Assembly (NCBI RefSeq): GCF_008831285.2
Contig: NC_045138.2
Location: forward strand, 15,562,001-15,626,000
Direction of reading: 5' to 3'
DNA length: 64,000 nt
Origin: Nymphaea colorata
Taxonomy: Eukaryota
Positions within the stretch are counted from its first letter, which is position 1, and each line of letters begins with the position of its first letter. Below, piece after piece: positions 61,531-64,000 of the stretch. The notes below the pieces were generated by a model that saw only the letters and a program-made list of their open reading frames with translations, did not search any database and was not told the origin of the DNA. Made by a program: the position numbers and the translations under genes.

Positions 61531-64000
61531 CACCGGATTTCAACTCATGGCGGTCACATGGTGGGGACTTGGGTCTTCGTCGGTATGCTGTTAGACTCGG
61601 AACTGCCGAACCGGCTCGGAGATATTCTGTATCGTGGGTACGTAAATGAAGACTCGGATTCACGTCCACTCGGACTTGCACTTGGATTTGGATTCCTAGT
61701 AGTGGCAGGACTAGGTTTGAGATTGCGTGAGCAGTTCTTCCTTCACGTAGTTTAGTTTATCCTTATTGTTTCTTCTTAAATTTAAGATGTCTTATTAATA
61801 TTAGCGAACTCTAGCTACAAGTTTATGGCTATCTTGATTTGAAATTTTGGAAACCAAATTTAAATCGTATAGACAGAAATAAGACATACCCTTCACGTGA
61901 TTTTATACCCAAATCCAGATTCGGGTATCTGAATTAGATATGAAATTTGGGTCGGATACAATTGTTCTTCTTTTCTAGCCAATAATGCGTGTATTGTGTT
62001 TCCATGACATGAAAAATGTATTTATTCACGTAACGAACAGCTACTTTTCGTAGAAGGAAGAAACTGGAAGTCCTAGGCTCAAAAACCGATTCGATATCCC
62101 AAGGGACCCGTCTCGTTTAAAGAGGTAGGGACGAGACGAACGGAGACGGCGGCAGTTGGAGTCGGAAAGCAAATTGGCTGCGGCTTTTTTGTCTCGCTTG
62201 GTTTTTTCTGGGCAAATGTGTGGGCGCCACGTGGAGGATTCTTGGCAGTTGACGTGATCAAGTTGGTGACCTATGCCACGACGGCGCTGTGGGTCCCATT
62301 GGATTTTAGGTCGACGTGGATCTGCCACGTCATCGGAAGCCAATGTGGGGGAGCCGGCCCATGACGCCTTTTTTTTTTTTTTTTTTTTTTGTCGTTTTCT
62401 CCTTTTGTGTTCACATTTTTCACCTTTAGGTTTTCCCCGATTTGAATAGGAAAGTTTTTGGGAGATGTGGAAAGTCGAAAAAGTAAATGCCATTGGAGGC
62501 CGTTTGGTTTCCGCGGAATTTGATTCCTATGAATCTAGAAAGTCAAACGAGCAGGCAAGACTCCCAACAAGCTTATGCAACAATAAAAAGGATTTTTTTT
62601 TTTTCTTTTTTCTCAAGAGGCACTTCTTTATGGTCTATTCAAACAACAACATTTTTTTGAATAAGTGGTTTACAATCCATCACTCCGAAAACAGGTGTCA
62701 AGACTCTTTGTTTTCTTTGTTTATGAAGTCTTACACTGGATTGGCGCCACCGATAGCAACATTGTACCCTTCAATTTAAACATCACATCGAAACCATAAA
62801 AATCAAATCAAACTAGGAATGTGCCAACATCCAGTTATGCTACAAACAACATTCTTGGTAGGCCTCCTTTGCGAGGATCATTCATTTAGTTGGTATAGCC
62901 CATGTTTCCTAAAAGGGTCTTGGCACGCTGGTTCAAGTCAGGGTGTTGCCCTTGTGTTATAAATGAGAACATGGTAATGCACTAACCTCCGTGTAGGGGA
63001 GGCACACGGGTTTTCAGACATTTAGATTTCGTGAATTGATTTGAGTCAACTTTCTTGCCAAATGATCCAATTCAGTTGAAAACCGAGAACCTACATTCGA
63101 ACTTTCTAATGATGTTTGGCATTTAGATGAGAGCACTAAATCTTATAACCAAGGATATATGAACATTCCAATTCGCGTGCACCGGGTAGGAATTGAACCA
63201 ATGAATTTTGCTTGTGACAACTTGACCCACTCATGGGCTCGAGCACCTGGTTCGGCGGATCAAAGAGTACTGGAGAACAAGATTCTCCCAAATGAGGAAT
63301 TTGAGCCATGAATTTCCCCATAGGACTGGAGGGAAAGTCATTTCTCCTTTGACAAGTGCCGTGTTGAATGAACATCCCAAGAGCTTGCAAACTTCACTAA
63401 CTTGCCAATTTTGGAACTTCCCGTGTGCTGAGGAAGGGGAAGAACTTCTTAGGCTCTCTTGGAGAAGCTCAACAAGCAACTCTATTTGAAAAAGATTTTT
63501 AATAAAGTGAAAAAGAGAAAGGCCAATCCCACTCATGTTCACAGTTGTAATGTAAAGTTTCCCAAAAGTAATGAGATCTTACAAAGAAACGTACTAAAAG
63601 ACCCTAATTATTAACATCCCTTTCTTTCTTTCACTGTTCCTGAAAAATTCGTTTGTAGTTGATCACGATTTAGTTAAAAATGGCTAAGTTGCAAGTGTTT
63701 ATGGTTCTGCTCAAACGAAGGAGAGAGAGAGAAGATGTGGTTGCGTTGGCACCACTATAATCCTGAAGTGGGTGTTGTTTGGTGGTGATGTTAAGTGGAA
63801 ACGGCGGTGGGTCGGTGGCCGTCTCTCTCTCTCTTGAGTTGGTTTTATTTTGTTGACTGATTTTAGAACCCATCATGTGCTTGAAAGCCTAGAGAGGTGT
63901 AGGGTAGTTGGTAGAGCTGGCGGGCTAATGAAAGCGCAGCAGCTTTTGATTGGATTCTTGTCGGCGCTACTTTTTTGAACTGCAAACAATGGACGCATGT

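Noticed and set aside
61237..61533. N-terminal extension of the MYB ORF
   Set aside because: It has a non-ATG start and spans the TATA box and a GA microsatellite, so it is promoter and 5'UTR sequence.

Overview
Flowering-plant nuclear genomic DNA with AT-rich intergenic and intronic sequence, spliceosomal introns, microsatellites and MITEs; the species cannot be fixed from the sequence alone. Seven protein-coding genes were reconstructed exon by exon with consistent splice phases: the 5' part of a LETM1-like gene (-), an intronless F-box gene (+), an organellar RRM gene of the S-RBP11 type (-), DCP1 (+), a Casparian-strip CASP (+), SPINDLY (+, 17 coding exons, 914 aa) and a DIVARICATA/SRM1-type MYB (-). 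There is also one tRNA-Ala(UGC), a LINE 3' remnant, several hAT- and Tourist-like non-autonomous elements and two minisatellites. The most unusual structure is a recent, inverted and order-swapped duplication of exon 1 and intron 1 of the RRM gene lying just beyond its own 3' end (19752-20468); it could form hairpin or antisense RNA. Other points of note are a required GC-AG intron in SPY, a frame-preserving candidate cassette exon in the LETM1-like transit peptide, three tandem uORFs before DCP1, and gene order resembling the recalled Arabidopsis SPY-CASP-RBP11-LETM1 neighbourhoods. No prokaryote-type system or CRISPR array is present. Family assignments are from recognition, not from database searches.
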